From Candidatus Nomurabacteria bacterium (lineage in GTDB: Bacteria; Patescibacteriota; Patescibacteriia; HK-STAS-PATE-3): a stretch of 64,000 nt of DNA. The stretch is from contig CP060223.1 of NCBI GenBank assembly GCA_023898465.1, positions 928,001-992,000 on the forward strand, given 5' to 3'. Of this stretch, positions 1-9,120 are shown piece after piece (the stretch's first letter is position 1; the number at the start of each line of letters is the position of its first letter). The notes under the pieces are model-generated. The model was given only the letters and a program-made list of their open reading frames with translations, was not told where the DNA came from and made no database searches. The position numbers and the translations under genes are program-made.

Positions 1-537
1 AATGGTCATGCCACCTTAATGGCTGAAGCAGCGATTGGAAACGAACCTTTTGTTTTACTCTACCCGGATGACTTAATTGTTTCCAAAAAAAATTCTATCA
101 AGGAAATGATTCAGGTCTACGAGGAATTTCAAGCGCCAGTTATGGGCCTCTTACACGTAGAGAAAAAAGATGTAACAAAGTACGGCATTGCCAAAGTCAA
201 CCACATCCGTGAACATATCTACGAAGTCTCTCAGGTTATTGAGAAGCCAACTCTCGCACAAGCACCTTCTCAGCTCGCCTCATTAAAAGGCTTTGTTTTC
301 CCTCCGATAATTTTTGAATACTTACGCAAAGTACGACGCGGCAAAGATGGAGAAATATGGCTGCCAGATGCCGTAGACCTTTATAACAAAAAACATGCCG
401 TCTTTGGTTGTGAGCTTAATGGTGAAGTATTTGATCTTGGTTCTAAGCTAGGCTGGTTAAAAGCAAATGTTTCTTTTGCGCTTAAGCGACCAGAGCTGCG
501 TAAAGAATTCCGCGCCTATCTCAAAAAATTAGTCTAA
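1..537 (+). CDS. galU: UTP--glucose-1-phosphate uridylyltransferase (GalU-like), C-terminal part; 5' end lies upstream of window
   Basis: Frame is open from base 1. Translation (…GIAKV…EKP…GEIWLPDAVDLY…) matches the C-terminal sugar-nucleotidyltransferase region of GalU-type enzymes, recognised by eye with no search. Confidence 0.5.
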   Translation, partial: NGHATLMAEAAIGNEPFVLLYPDDLIVSKKNSIKEMIQVYEEFQAPVMGLLHVEKKDVTKYGIAKVNHIREHIYEVSQVIEKPTLAQAPSQLASLKGFVFPPIIFEYLRKVRRGKDGEIWLPDAVDLYNKKHAVFGCELNGEVFDLGSKLGWLKANVSFALKRPELRKEFRAYLKKLV

Positions 538-545
538 GGGGGAAC

Positions 546-1937
546 ATGCGACGTTACGTCATTCTCATAGGTATCGTACTCATACCGGTTCTGGCCGTAT
601 TTATTATCGTGTCCGGGGTTATTAATAAACCACAGCCAAATGTACAGGACGTACCATTAACCTTTTGGACAGTACAAGATGACACAAGCGCCTTTACTGA
701 CGTGATCGCAGCATATCAGCAAGCCCACCCCTACATTACCATCGAGGTCGTACAAAAGCGTGCTCAAGATTATGGTGAGGCACTTATTCAAGCATGGGCA
801 CGTGGGGACGGGCCTGATATTTTTTCTCTCCCTAATGCAGAGGTTGGAGAATATGCTGACTTTATTGCCCCATTACCTGAGGCAACACAGGTCTATCAAT
901 ATCAGAACAAACGCGTGCTTCTCAGTAGGCAGCTTGTGATTACACCGGTCACTTCAAGCTCTATCACCCCGGCCCGCCTCAGTAATGACTATGTAGATGT
1001 TATTGCCAGCGATGTTATCCGAGATGGACAAATATATGCACTCCCATTAAGCGTAGACACCTTAGCAGTCTACGTTAATCGCAACCTTCTAAACACTGCT
1101 AATATTGTTTCACCGGCAACAACCTGGCAAGAGCTTATTTCCCAAGTACCTGATCTCACTATTTTTGATGCGCAAAATAATATTATTCAATCTGGGATCG
1201 CACTTGGAACGGCTGAAAATGTTTCCTACTCAGCTGAAATACTCTCACTGCTCATGATGCAAAACGGTACACAAATGACTGACCCAACTGGAACACGTGT
1301 GCAATTTGATCAGGGAACAAAAGAATATAACGCGGGTGAACGAGCTGTTGATTTCTACACCGACTTCTCTGACGAAACAAAAGCAGTCTACAGCTGGTCA
1401 GGGGATAGCTCACACTCAATTGATAGTTTTATCGAAGGTAAGACTGCCTACTTAATTGGCACCTTAGCTGACCAGGCAACAATTCAGGAGCAAAACCCGG
1501 CACTCCGCTATGACATCGTGCCAATGTTCCACATCAATACCGATGGAACCGACACCAGCGGCAGCACGGGAACGCGTACAAAAATTAACTACGCAAAATA
1601 CTGGGTGCAGACAGTGGCAAAAAATTCCGCTCATAGCAATGAGGCTTGGAATTTTGTGCAATACATGAGTCAGTCAGGCGTCGTCGAGGCATATCTCAAC
1701 GCCAGCGGACGTATTTCTCCTCTCCGAAAAATATTAGCACAACAAGTGAATGTGCCGGCCTTACAAGTCTTTGCCAATCAAGCGCTCACTGCGCAAAATT
1801 GGTATCATGGAAACAGCTGGACACAAACTGAAGGCTATCTCAAGCAACTCATCACCGTTGTTGCTGAAAAAACAAAGTTGCCGTTGGAGGCTTTAAGCCA
1901 AGCTGCTAAACAAGTGCAGCTCACCTTTACTGAATAA
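546..1937 (+). CDS. extracellular solute-binding protein (ABC-transporter SBP family-1-like) with N-terminal TM anchor
   Basis: 463 aa with an N-terminal hydrophobic helix (ILIGIVLIPVLAVFIIV). Length and composition (LAVYVNRNLL, TTWQEL, NWYHG) are typical of periplasmic/extracytoplasmic sugar SBPs. SD-like GGGGGAAC lies upstream of ATG 546. Confidence 0.5.
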   Translation: MRRYVILIGIVLIPVLAVFIIVSGVINKPQPNVQDVPLTFWTVQDDTSAFTDVIAAYQQAHPYITIEVVQKRAQDYGEALIQAWARGDGPDIFSLPNAEVGEYADFIAPLPEATQVYQYQNKRVLLSRQLVITPVTSSSITPARLSNDYVDVIASDVIRDGQIYALPLSVDTLAVYVNRNLLNTANIVSPATTWQELISQVPDLTIFDAQNNIIQSGIALGTAENVSYSAEILSLLMMQNGTQMTDPTGTRVQFDQGTKEYNAGERAVDFYTDFSDETKAVYSWSGDSSHSIDSFIEGKTAYLIGTLADQATIQEQNPALRYDIVPMFHINTDGTDTSGSTGTRTKINYAKYWVQTVAKNSAHSNEAWNFVQYMSQSGVVEAYLNASGRISPLRKILAQQVNVPALQVFANQALTAQNWYHGNSWTQTEGYLKQLITVVAEKTKLPLEALSQAAKQVQLTFTE

Positions 1938-1940
1938 CGC

Positions 1941-2924
1941 ATGTTACGTTTACCCTCAACTCGATTCTGGATCATCTCGGGTTTAAGCATGCTTATTGTA
2001 CTTGGCGCAGTAATACCTGCCCGAGCGGAGATCTTACCAAACTGCGAAAAAACACTTTACAAAGTTGAGCTCAATGGAGATCTCGATTGCCCAGATGGAA
2101 CAAACAATTGTATTGATCCAAATGATTACATACAAACTGTACACGGTGATATCGAACAGGTAATGGTCAACCGGAGCTGTGGTTTCAATGACTTCATTCA
2201 GCTCTTTGTGAATCTCGCAAACTGGGGCTTGGCTATTATGGGTGCCCTGGCTGTTTTCTTCTACATGTACGCGGGCTTCCAATTCTTAACTGCCGGCGGT
2301 CGGAGCGAGAATGTCGAGCAGGGTAAAAAAATTCTCTGGGGCACCACTATGGGAGTGATTATCATGCTGACTGCGTGGGCCGTTATTGGTTTCTATATTG
2401 TTGCTACAACTGGCAGTAACCAAGGCTTTGTTTTTCCTAATGATCCTAACTTCCTAGCCCCTTGGTTTGGTCAGACCGAAACTTGTCGACAGACCTATAT
2501 AAAAAATTACGACCAATCTCAGTGTGGACAAAACAATCTTCATATAAACTGTTCAGACCCGATTGATGGAAGCGATGGACCTGTTACTCGTTTGCAAAGC
2601 ATACTTACTCAGCGAGCTTGTAACCCTGGAGGAATAGACGGCTGTTTTGGTTCAAACACTGAAAGTGGGCTCCGACAATTCCAGAGAGTGAATTGGCGCA
2701 GTGGAATTATTGAAGACGGGGTAGTGAATGCCGATGATTGGAGCACCCTACTCAACACTTCTACTGCGTATGATTGTTCAGTCCCGCTAGGTTGCTGCAT
2801 CAATCCTGATGAACCGAGTCTTTGTTATGATCAAATTCCAGAGGCCTACTGTAACCAGAATGGTTGGACCTTCCTACCAGATAGCTGTGCGAGTTACGAC
2901 TTTGACTGTGAAGGACCAAGTTAA
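1941..2924 (+). CDS. VirB2/TrbC-type (T4SS-pilin-like) two-TM core fused to Cys-rich extracellular domain with peptidoglycan-binding-like segment
   Basis: It has a signal peptide. The core FNDFIQLFVNLANWGLAIMG…FQFLTAGGRSENVEQGKKILWG…IMLTAWAVIGFYIV is homologous to the four downstream small paralogs. The C-terminal ~180 aa has >15 Cys and the motif LQSILTQRACNPGGIDGCFGSNTESGLRQFQRVNW, which resembles the PG_binding_1 consensus. Confidence 0.5.
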   Translation: MLRLPSTRFWIISGLSMLIVLGAVIPARAEILPNCEKTLYKVELNGDLDCPDGTNNCIDPNDYIQTVHGDIEQVMVNRSCGFNDFIQLFVNLANWGLAIMGALAVFFYMYAGFQFLTAGGRSENVEQGKKILWGTTMGVIIMLTAWAVIGFYIVATTGSNQGFVFPNDPNFLAPWFGQTETCRQTYIKNYDQSQCGQNNLHINCSDPIDGSDGPVTRLQSILTQRACNPGGIDGCFGSNTESGLRQFQRVNWRSGIIEDGVVNADDWSTLLNTSTAYDCSVPLGCCINPDEPSLCYDQIPEAYCNQNGWTFLPDSCASYDFDCEGPS

Positions 2925-2937
2925 TTTTCTATTGCAT

Positions 2938-3300
2938 ATGAATACACTACGAAAAAAACGCTTACCACTTATTCTCATGATCGCCGGACTCGTCCTCATG
3001 CCGCTGAGCGCCTTTGCGCAAAGCGGCTCGGCTGTAGCCATACCTAACCCGATTTCGTGTGGTAACTTAATTTGTCTCTTTGTAAACCTCATGCGCCTTA
3101 TTCTGGCCGGCTTAGGTGTCTTTGGCATGGTGATGTTTATTTGGGGAGGCTTTCTCATGCTTACTTCTGCGGGTAATGCTGATCGAATTCAAAAAGGAAA
3201 AGAAACCTTAGTGTGGTCAATTCTTGGTATTTTAGTAATTCTCGGCAGTTGGATACTCCTCAAATCAGTGATTGATGCAATTAACGGGGTTACTAACTAG
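2938..3300 (+). CDS. VirB2/TrbC-type T4SS-pilin-like small membrane protein (divergent paralog)
   Basis: ATG at 2938 follows the stop of the previous gene. It has a signal peptide (…PLSAFAQSGS) then two hydrophobic helices separated by the short loop TSAGNADRIQKGKE. The architecture matches the downstream paralogs. Confidence 0.5.
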   Translation: MNTLRKKRLPLILMIAGLVLMPLSAFAQSGSAVAIPNPISCGNLICLFVNLMRLILAGLGVFGMVMFIWGGFLMLTSAGNADRIQKGKETLVWSILGILVILGSWILLKSVIDAINGVTN

Positions 3301-3385
3301 GTTTGACGAAGTAGGAAGAGAGAGGTACGCTATATTCGACATAAGGTGAAGGAACACTTCACAATTGAAAGGGGGTGAGAAACAC

Positions 3386-3751
3386 ATGAAACAACGTACA
3401 CGACTGCTCGGCACACTAGCAGCATTTGCTATACTAGCACTTCCGTTGCTTGTTTCCGCCCAATCTGCTTTCACCGTAGAAAACATCGGTGGATCAGTTG
3501 GTCTCGGTACTGCTGACCTCAAAGATACCGTCATCAACATCATTCAATGGGTGCTTGGTATCCTCGCACTCGTTGCTGTCGTTATGATCATCATTGGTGG
3601 TTTCCAGTGGATGACTGCTGGTGGAAACGACGAAAAGGTGGAAAAGGCCAAGAAGATTATCTCAGCCGCGGTAATTGGTCTTATTATCATCTTGTTGGCT
3701 TGGGCTATTGTCATCTTCGTCGCAAATACAACGGCGAATGTCACTACCTAA
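3386..3751 (+). CDS. VirB2/TrbC-type T4SS-pilin-like protein, tandem copy 1
   Basis: SD AGGGGGTGAG lies 7 nt upstream of ATG 3386. It has a signal peptide (…LLVSAQSA), two TM helices, a WMTAGGNDEKVEKAKK loop and a C-terminal tail ANTTANVTT. Confidence 0.6.
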   Translation: MKQRTRLLGTLAAFAILALPLLVSAQSAFTVENIGGSVGLGTADLKDTVINIIQWVLGILALVAVVMIIIGGFQWMTAGGNDEKVEKAKKIISAAVIGLIIILLAWAIVIFVANTTANVTT

Positions 3752-3777
3752 TCCAATCACGTATTTGGACTTTTAGA

Positions 3778-3811
3778 ACATACCCAGCTCACTGCTGGGT
3801 ATGTTTTTATT
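3778..3811 (+). terminator. rho-independent terminator after pilin copy 1
   Basis: 11-bp stem acatacccagc/gctgggtatgt followed by TTTTTATT. Confidence 0.6.
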
Positions 3812-3836
3812 CAAAAAAGCCTTACTATGCTATAGT
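3807..3836 (+). promoter_or_regulatory. sigma70-like promoter for pilin copy 2 (TTATTC -35, 18-nt spacer, extended -10 TGcTATAGT)
   Basis: Sequence read directly. It sits between the copy-1 terminator and the copy-2 SD. Confidence 0.4.
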
Positions 3837-3873
3837 AGTATATATCTTTGAGAAGAAGAGGGGGTGAATATAC

Positions 3874-4230
3874 ATGAAGAAAGCTTTAATCGCAGTCGGT
3901 ACTTTGGCGCTCGTTGCTATGCCAATGCTTGCATCAGCCCAATCTGCTTTCACCGTTGAAAACGTTGGAGGATCCGTCGGTCTCGGTACCGCTGATTTGA
4001 AGGACACCGTCATCAACATCATTCAATGGGTGCTTGGTATTGTCGCCTTAATCGCTGTCGTTATGATCATCATTGGCGGTTTCCAGTGGATGACTGCTGG
4101 TGGAAACGACGAAAAGGTGGAAAAGGCCAAGAAGATTATATCTTCAGCCGTAGTCGGTTTGATTATTGTGTTACTCGCCTGGGCAATTGTTGTATTCGTT
4201 GCAAACACAACCTCAAACGTTACCGCCTAG
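3874..4230 (+). CDS. VirB2/TrbC-type T4SS-pilin-like protein, tandem copy 2
   Basis: SD GAGGGGGTGA precedes ATG 3874. It is ~85% identical to copy 1 over the mature region, and its tail is ANTTSNVTA. Confidence 0.65.
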   Translation: MKKALIAVGTLALVAMPMLASAQSAFTVENVGGSVGLGTADLKDTVINIIQWVLGIVALIAVVMIIIGGFQWMTAGGNDEKVEKAKKIISSAVVGLIIVLLAWAIVVFVANTTSNVTA

Positions 4231-4251
4231 CGTACACTTCGCAAATTCTGC

Positions 4252-4287
4252 AAAAGCCCTACCTTATACGAGGGCTTTTGCTTTTTC
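4252..4287 (+). terminator. rho-independent terminator after pilin copy 2
   Basis: Stem aaaagccct…agggctttt followed by gcttttt. Confidence 0.5.
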
Positions 4288-4316
4288 TGCGCAACTTTTA
4301 TTTTTCATGGTATACT
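4288..4316 (+). promoter_or_regulatory. extended -10 promoter (TGgTATACT) for pilin copy 3
   Basis: tggtatact at 4308-4316, ~30 nt upstream of the SD. The -35 is weak. Confidence 0.4.
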
Positions 4317-4344
4317 GAATGCATTACATCTTTAGGTAAAGGAG

Positions 4345-4725
4345 GTGAATGTCAGAATGACCATAAAACGATTTCTTCCCTTAGCGCTACTCGGACTTAC
4401 CTTGGTATTACTGCCTTCTACTGTAGCAGCTCAATCAACCGCCTTTACGATCGAAAATATTGGTGGATCAATCGGTCTCGGTACCGCTGATTTGAAGGAC
4501 ACCGTCATCAACATCATTCAATGGGTGCTTGGTATCCTTTCATTAGTAGCCGTTGTTATGATTATTTTTGGTGGCTTTACCTGGATGACTGCCGGAGGTG
4601 CTGAAGATAAAGTTGATCAAGCCAAGCGTATTATCACCGCTGCAGTAATTGGTCTTATCATCATCTTGTTGGCTTGGGCTATTGTCATCTTCGTCGCAAA
4701 TACAACGGCGAACGTTACCACTTAG
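4345..4725 (+). CDS. VirB2/TrbC-type T4SS-pilin-like protein, tandem copy 3 (start may be ATG 4357)
   Basis: SD AAAGGAGG lies upstream. It has the same two-TM architecture, and its C-terminal 30 codons are almost identical at the DNA level to copy 1. Confidence 0.6.
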   Translation: MNVRMTIKRFLPLALLGLTLVLLPSTVAAQSTAFTIENIGGSIGLGTADLKDTVINIIQWVLGILSLVAVVMIIFGGFTWMTAGGAEDKVDQAKRIITAAVIGLIIILLAWAIVIFVANTTANVTT

Positions 4726-4748
4726 GCTACACTAGAATCAAAACACAG

Positions 4749-4781
4749 ACCTCTCCATATTTGGGGAGGTTTTGTGCTTTT
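4749..4781 (+). terminator. rho-independent terminator after pilin copy 3
   Basis: Stem acctctcc/ggggaggt (one G-U wobble) followed by TTTTGTGCTTTT. Confidence 0.5.
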
Positions 4782-4809
4782 GGCTGACTCCGCTACACTA
4801 TGAACGCAT

Positions 4810-6816
4810 ATGTCTAAAATACCGGATAGAACACAGGCCTGGCTGCTAGGAATGATGATCTGTATGATTGTTATCTCTTTTGCAGGTCAATACGTAAAAT
4901 GGCAAAGTCTGGCCTATAACGGACTCGATTTGGGTATTTACACTCAAGTAGTATCAGAAACCAGCCAAGGGAATTTCTTTGGCTTCACCATTCACCCGCA
5001 CTCCTACTTGGGTGACCATGTTGAATTTTTACTATTACTCCTTGTGCCTCTTTTTTGGATTGTGGCTCATCCACTCTGGCTCTTGGCCGCACAAAGCCTT
5101 GTGTTGGCTTTAGGCGCTATCCCTATATTTCGCCTTGCACGCAAAAAACTAAATGGTAACTGGGCTCTAGGTTTAAGTGCAGCCTACCTTTTTTCGCCTT
5201 TCCTCTGGAATGCAAACATGTATGAATTTCACATGTTAGCTTTTGCAATTCCAATCTTACTTGCGGCACTACAAACCTACATCACTAAATCACTCAAGTG
5301 GCATTGGCTTTGGCTGGCTTTGGCCTTGCTCGTACGAGAAGATGTTGCCTTTGTAGTATTTGGCATTGGTATTGTGGCTGCAATTGAGCGGAGGAATTGG
5401 AAATGGTGGCTACCCACCTTTTTGGTTAGCGCTGCCTGGTTTGGATGTAGTATTTATCTCGCTGGATCCTTGGGCACTTTGGGTGAATATAAATTTCTCA
5501 AATACTATGGATGGCTCGGCCCCGATCTTGTTTCTATTATCGGAAACTTTTTTGGACATCCCTGGCTCGTACTCCAACGCGTGCTTCATCCGCAAGCGCT
5601 TGCTTTCTTGCTAGGCCTAGGACTCCCTTTTGCCTATTTGCCAATCTTCCGACTTCGTTGGCTTATCCCGATCTTACCTATCTACTTACAACTTTCTCTC
5701 TCAGGAGTTGCGCGAGAAATCTCACTAGAAATGCACTACGTGAGTTTGTTCTTACCATTTCTCTGGATTGGCTCTATTGAGGCAATACACAAACTTCGTA
5801 GTGAAATGGGAAAAACTCGACGAGGAAAATTTATCCAAGAATACGCCGGGGTTATTGTTAGCGTACTCGCTGTTGTGGCAATATATTGCTTCATCGTAAT
5901 CGGTCCGATTCGCGGCCTGGCACAAACCTGGTATCGACCAGATACGCAACGTGAACATGAACAGTTAGCCAGAGATGTGCTCAACATTGTACCCGATACC
6001 ACACCTCTCGCAACTGGATATCGCTTTATTTCATGGACAGCCACTCGACCCGTGTTGTACTCCTTGCACTATCTTTTTATTGGCCGGCAACAATATAGCG
6101 ATGAAAGTTTCCCACTTGACCCTAGCATCCAAACGCTGCTCATAGACCAAAGTGATTTTGTTACCTATCAATCAGTCTATCCGGAAGATAATACCGACTA
6201 CAAAGGTGGTGCCCAGCGCTTCCGCGATCTCATTGAAGAAAGAAAGCTTCAGCTCAATCTCATGGTTGACGATCTCTTGCTCTATACAAACACCCATACT
6301 ACATCCCAAAAAGAATTAGTGCGTATTGGAAATGAAGATCAACTAAGACAAAGCCTCTTTCAGACAAGCAACGGACTCATCTTGCACTCCTGGGAGAATA
6401 ATGAAGGAATCAACAAACTTCAAAGTGAATATGTGCATATTAACACGCACAACTACCTCACCCTCCCGCTCTCGTTTATCTGGTCTCAGCATGAAATAAC
6501 AACGCGTCATAATACCGTACTACTCACACTGACTCGGGGAGACGGCGCAGTGTATCAAAAAGAATATCCCATCGCCCCGCTCTGGCCGCAATCAGAGTGG
6601 CCATTAGATACTCCAATGATTACGCAACACCAATTTCTCATCCCGACCGACTTCGCCCAAAGTGATACCCAGATAGCAATGGATGTGATGTCGATTCGGG
6701 GTCGATTAAGTTTGGATACCCAACGCTCTATCGTGCCTCGCTACGATGAACACGACTCCTTGGGCCACCTTAATCTCGGAAATCTTATTCTACCGGACGC
6801 AAGCGATACAGAGTAA
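4810..6816 (+). CDS. DUF2079-like polytopic membrane protein (putative GT-C-type glycosyltransferase) with large C-terminal extracytoplasmic domain
   Basis: The N-terminal ~400 aa is multi-TM. The opening (…GLDLGIYTQVV…GDHVEFLLLLLVPLFWI…LLAAQSLVLALGAIPIFRLA) resembles the DUF2079 family signature from memory, and a ~270-aa soluble tail follows. Confidence 0.5.
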   Translation: MSKIPDRTQAWLLGMMICMIVISFAGQYVKWQSLAYNGLDLGIYTQVVSETSQGNFFGFTIHPHSYLGDHVEFLLLLLVPLFWIVAHPLWLLAAQSLVLALGAIPIFRLARKKLNGNWALGLSAAYLFSPFLWNANMYEFHMLAFAIPILLAALQTYITKSLKWHWLWLALALLVREDVAFVVFGIGIVAAIERRNWKWWLPTFLVSAAWFGCSIYLAGSLGTLGEYKFLKYYGWLGPDLVSIIGNFFGHPWLVLQRVLHPQALAFLLGLGLPFAYLPIFRLRWLIPILPIYLQLSLSGVAREISLEMHYVSLFLPFLWIGSIEAIHKLRSEMGKTRRGKFIQEYAGVIVSVLAVVAIYCFIVIGPIRGLAQTWYRPDTQREHEQLARDVLNIVPDTTPLATGYRFISWTATRPVLYSLHYLFIGRQQYSDESFPLDPSIQTLLIDQSDFVTYQSVYPEDNTDYKGGAQRFRDLIEERKLQLNLMVDDLLLYTNTHTTSQKELVRIGNEDQLRQSLFQTSNGLILHSWENNEGINKLQSEYVHINTHNYLTLPLSFIWSQHEITTRHNTVLLTLTRGDGAVYQKEYPIAPLWPQSEWPLDTPMITQHQFLIPTDFAQSDTQIAMDVMSIRGRLSLDTQRSIVPRYDEHDSLGHLNLGNLILPDASDTE

Positions 6817-8422
6817 GCTCGCCTGATTGGTATACTGTCTGAAGTGCAGAAATCGCGCTTGGATCAGCCACACTATTCCGCGTATCAAATTCACCCCATA
6901 GTAAATAATCCACACTCTGCTCTCGCAACCATCTTTCAAGGGCAGTATTTCCACTTTGGCGCGCTACAATAAAACCATCTGATTTGTCATTGTAATGCAA
7001 GGTTTCAATCGGGTGTCCAAATACCACTGCCCGACCCGCCCAAGCTGGTATATAGAGATTGCCAATTTTCCCAGCTGCAAAAACTGCACGAGTATCGGTG
7101 TGTGTTTTCATCCAGTCACTCATATCTTGATAAGATTGATCGACGTAGAGGTGGTATGGCGGCTGACGAAAAGTATCATTCGTCCAAAGATGTACATCCA
7201 TGCCCACTAAAGCAATCGGCGAAAGACTAAACACTACTACGGCCAGCATTGGAGTGGCTACATAGCGAGACCAGCTTACTAATGGAAATCGCTTGAATAC
7301 TATACGAAGACCAATAAAAGCAAATAAAGCTAGGGGGAGCATCCAACCTTCAGTTAGGCGGCGACTAAAACTAATCGGCAAAAAGAAAATACATGCTTGC
7401 CCAAACAACCACGCAAGCGGCATTGCGTAGGTGCTTCGATCACGACCTAGTTGAAACAAAGCAAGAAGGGCCAGCGGAATAAGAGCGCCATAGCTAATAA
7501 GTGTGGTAAAAAAGAATGGCATAGTATTCACATTCTGAGCCGCTCGGCTATTCGCAATTGGGTCAAAAAGTATTATCCCAACTTGGTAGAAAATCATTGG
7601 CAGCGCTAGTCCTCCTACAAGAAGCGCCCCCCACAAAGCCCGTGCCGTTTTATCCCGCTGCCATAAAAAAGTGAAGAGTATAAAAAGCACAAAAACCCCT
7701 ATCACTGTTGGTAAGTGAAAGGGGTGAAAGCTCATAAGTAAAAAAAGCGACAGGCCGCTTTGCAAAAAATACTGTATTTGCTTTTGCTGCACCCCGAGGT
7801 AATACCAATGAAAAATGAGAATAAGTAATGAGGTGGCTAAAATAAAATGCGGGCTCTGATACATCGTTAAAAATGTATACGCTTCACTTACCCAGAGATC
7901 CATCGGCCAAATCGCCCACTCAATAAATCCAAAAATGTATTTAATAAAAGGATATGCAATTGCTCCAAATCCTGCAGCAAAAAGAAAAAGCAAAATAGCA
8001 AATTTACGCTCACGCCATGCCGGAAGAAAATTGCGTAAGAAAATTTCGCTCGACCATAGGAGTAAGGGGATGAGGAGGATTCGGGCTAAATGAAAACTTA
8101 CTAATGCGGAAAGGTGCAGCCACTTTGCCATATATCCAACAACAATCCAGATTGGACTGAAAATAAAAGCGTCATGCGGCTCAGCAGTAAACAAATCCCT
8201 AAGCATCACCTGTCCCTGTTTTACCTGTTCTATGTAGGAAAAATAGACCGGCAAATCACCTGGAGCCAGTGTATGTCCTCCGGTAAAAATCATCCCATCT
8301 GCCTGCATCATCCACGCGTAGAGGTAAGGGAACGTTGTGAGAATAACTAAAGCGAGGGCTATCCACCAAAACCAACGACGTGGCATTTTTTCAGCATCTG
8401 GGTGAAGAGAAAAAAACTGCAT
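6785..8422 (-). CDS. large polytopic membrane protein, probable GT-C-like glycosyltransferase
   Basis: 545 aa with ≥10 hydrophobic helices followed by a soluble C-terminal domain. It is in an operon with a Dpm1-like GT2 (4-nt overlap). Confidence 0.45.
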   Translation of the reverse strand: MQFFSLHPDAEKMPRRWFWWIALALVILTTFPYLYAWMMQADGMIFTGGHTLAPGDLPVYFSYIEQVKQGQVMLRDLFTAEPHDAFIFSPIWIVVGYMAKWLHLSALVSFHLARILLIPLLLWSSEIFLRNFLPAWRERKFAILLFLFAAGFGAIAYPFIKYIFGFIEWAIWPMDLWVSEAYTFLTMYQSPHFILATSLLILIFHWYYLGVQQKQIQYFLQSGLSLFLLMSFHPFHLPTVIGVFVLFILFTFLWQRDKTARALWGALLVGGLALPMIFYQVGIILFDPIANSRAAQNVNTMPFFFTTLISYGALIPLALLALFQLGRDRSTYAMPLAWLFGQACIFFLPISFSRRLTEGWMLPLALFAFIGLRIVFKRFPLVSWSRYVATPMLAVVVFSLSPIALVGMDVHLWTNDTFRQPPYHLYVDQSYQDMSDWMKTHTDTRAVFAAGKIGNLYIPAWAGRAVVFGHPIETLHYNDKSDGFIVARQSGNTALERWLREQSVDYLLWGEFDTRNSVADPSAISALQTVYQSGELTLYRLRPVE

Positions 8423-9120
8423 TACTTCTGAGAGCGAAACAATAATGCAAGAATCATTTGAGCGTATTCACGAGCAATCGTGAATGAAATTTTACTCTTG
8501 CCATATTGGCGATCCTGAAAAACATAGCCGATTTCTGTGGTCTGAAGTGGACGCGCTCGAACCAAAATCTCTACTAAAAGTTTATACCCGCGCGGACGTA
8601 AAGTATGTGCAATGCGTGTATACACATCTCGTCGTACGGCAAAATATCCGCTCATAGGATCACGCTCTCGAATACCGAGCATCACCTGAGCAATCCTAGT
8701 AGCAAACCAACTCATGGCTTGGCGTCGCAGAGGCCAACCTAACATACCGCCGCCACTAACAAAGCGTGAACCGATAGCCACGTCATTACCTAACTGCACC
8801 GCCCTAATCATCTGCGGAATAATTGCCGTATCATGCGAAAGATCGGCATCCATGCAAATAAAAATTTCTGATCTGGCCTCTTCCATACCAGCCATCAGTG
8901 CAGAAGCAAGGCCTAACTTACCTGTTCGCTCAATAACCCTGACTGGATAGTGAGCAGCCAGCGAACGAACAAGCTGAGCGGTCCCATCTGGCGAAGCATC
9001 GTCAACCACAATTATCTCGACAACCAGCTGCAAGCGGGCAATCTGTCGAAGGCACGCCTCAATGTTCTCCTTTTCATTATAGGTTGGCAGGATAATGCTA
9101 GCTTTTGGCAAGGCGCTCAT
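8422..9120 (-). CDS. polyprenol-phosphate sugar synthase (Dpm1/GtrB-like GT2 glycosyltransferase)
   Basis: SIILPTYNEKENI…VVDDASPDGT…DADLSH… are classic GT-A/GT2 DxD-type motifs of dolichol/polyprenol-P-mannose/glucose synthases. Confidence 0.8.
   Translation of the reverse strand: MSALPKASIILPTYNEKENIEACLRQIARLQLVVEIIVVDDASPDGTAQLVRSLAAHYPVRVIERTGKLGLASALMAGMEEARSEIFICMDADLSHDTAIIPQMIRAVQLGNDVAIGSRFVSGGGMLGWPLRRQAMSWFATRIAQVMLGIRERDPMSGYFAVRRDVYTRIAHTLRPRGYKLLVEILVRARPLQTTEIGYVFQDRQYGKSKISFTIAREYAQMILALLFRSQK

Larger units (their letters stand above)
3386..4725 (+). repeat. three tandem ~480-bp gene-sized direct repeats (pilin-like paralog array) with long identical DNA stretches
   Basis: For example, ggtctcggtaccgctgatttgaaggacaccgtcatcaacatcattcaatgggtgcttggtat is identical in copies 2 and 3. 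tcttgttggcttgggctattgtcatcttcgtcgcaaatacaacggcga is shared by copies 1 and 3. Confidence 0.8.

Noticed and set aside
3547-4490. Trp/Arg/Cys-rich + strand ORFs (3547-3867 and 4026-4490) in an alternative frame across the pilin repeats
   Set aside because: They are frame-shifted read-throughs of the pilin repeat DNA. Each of the two proteins is repeated along with the DNA repeat, and they have no SD and overlap well-supported genes.
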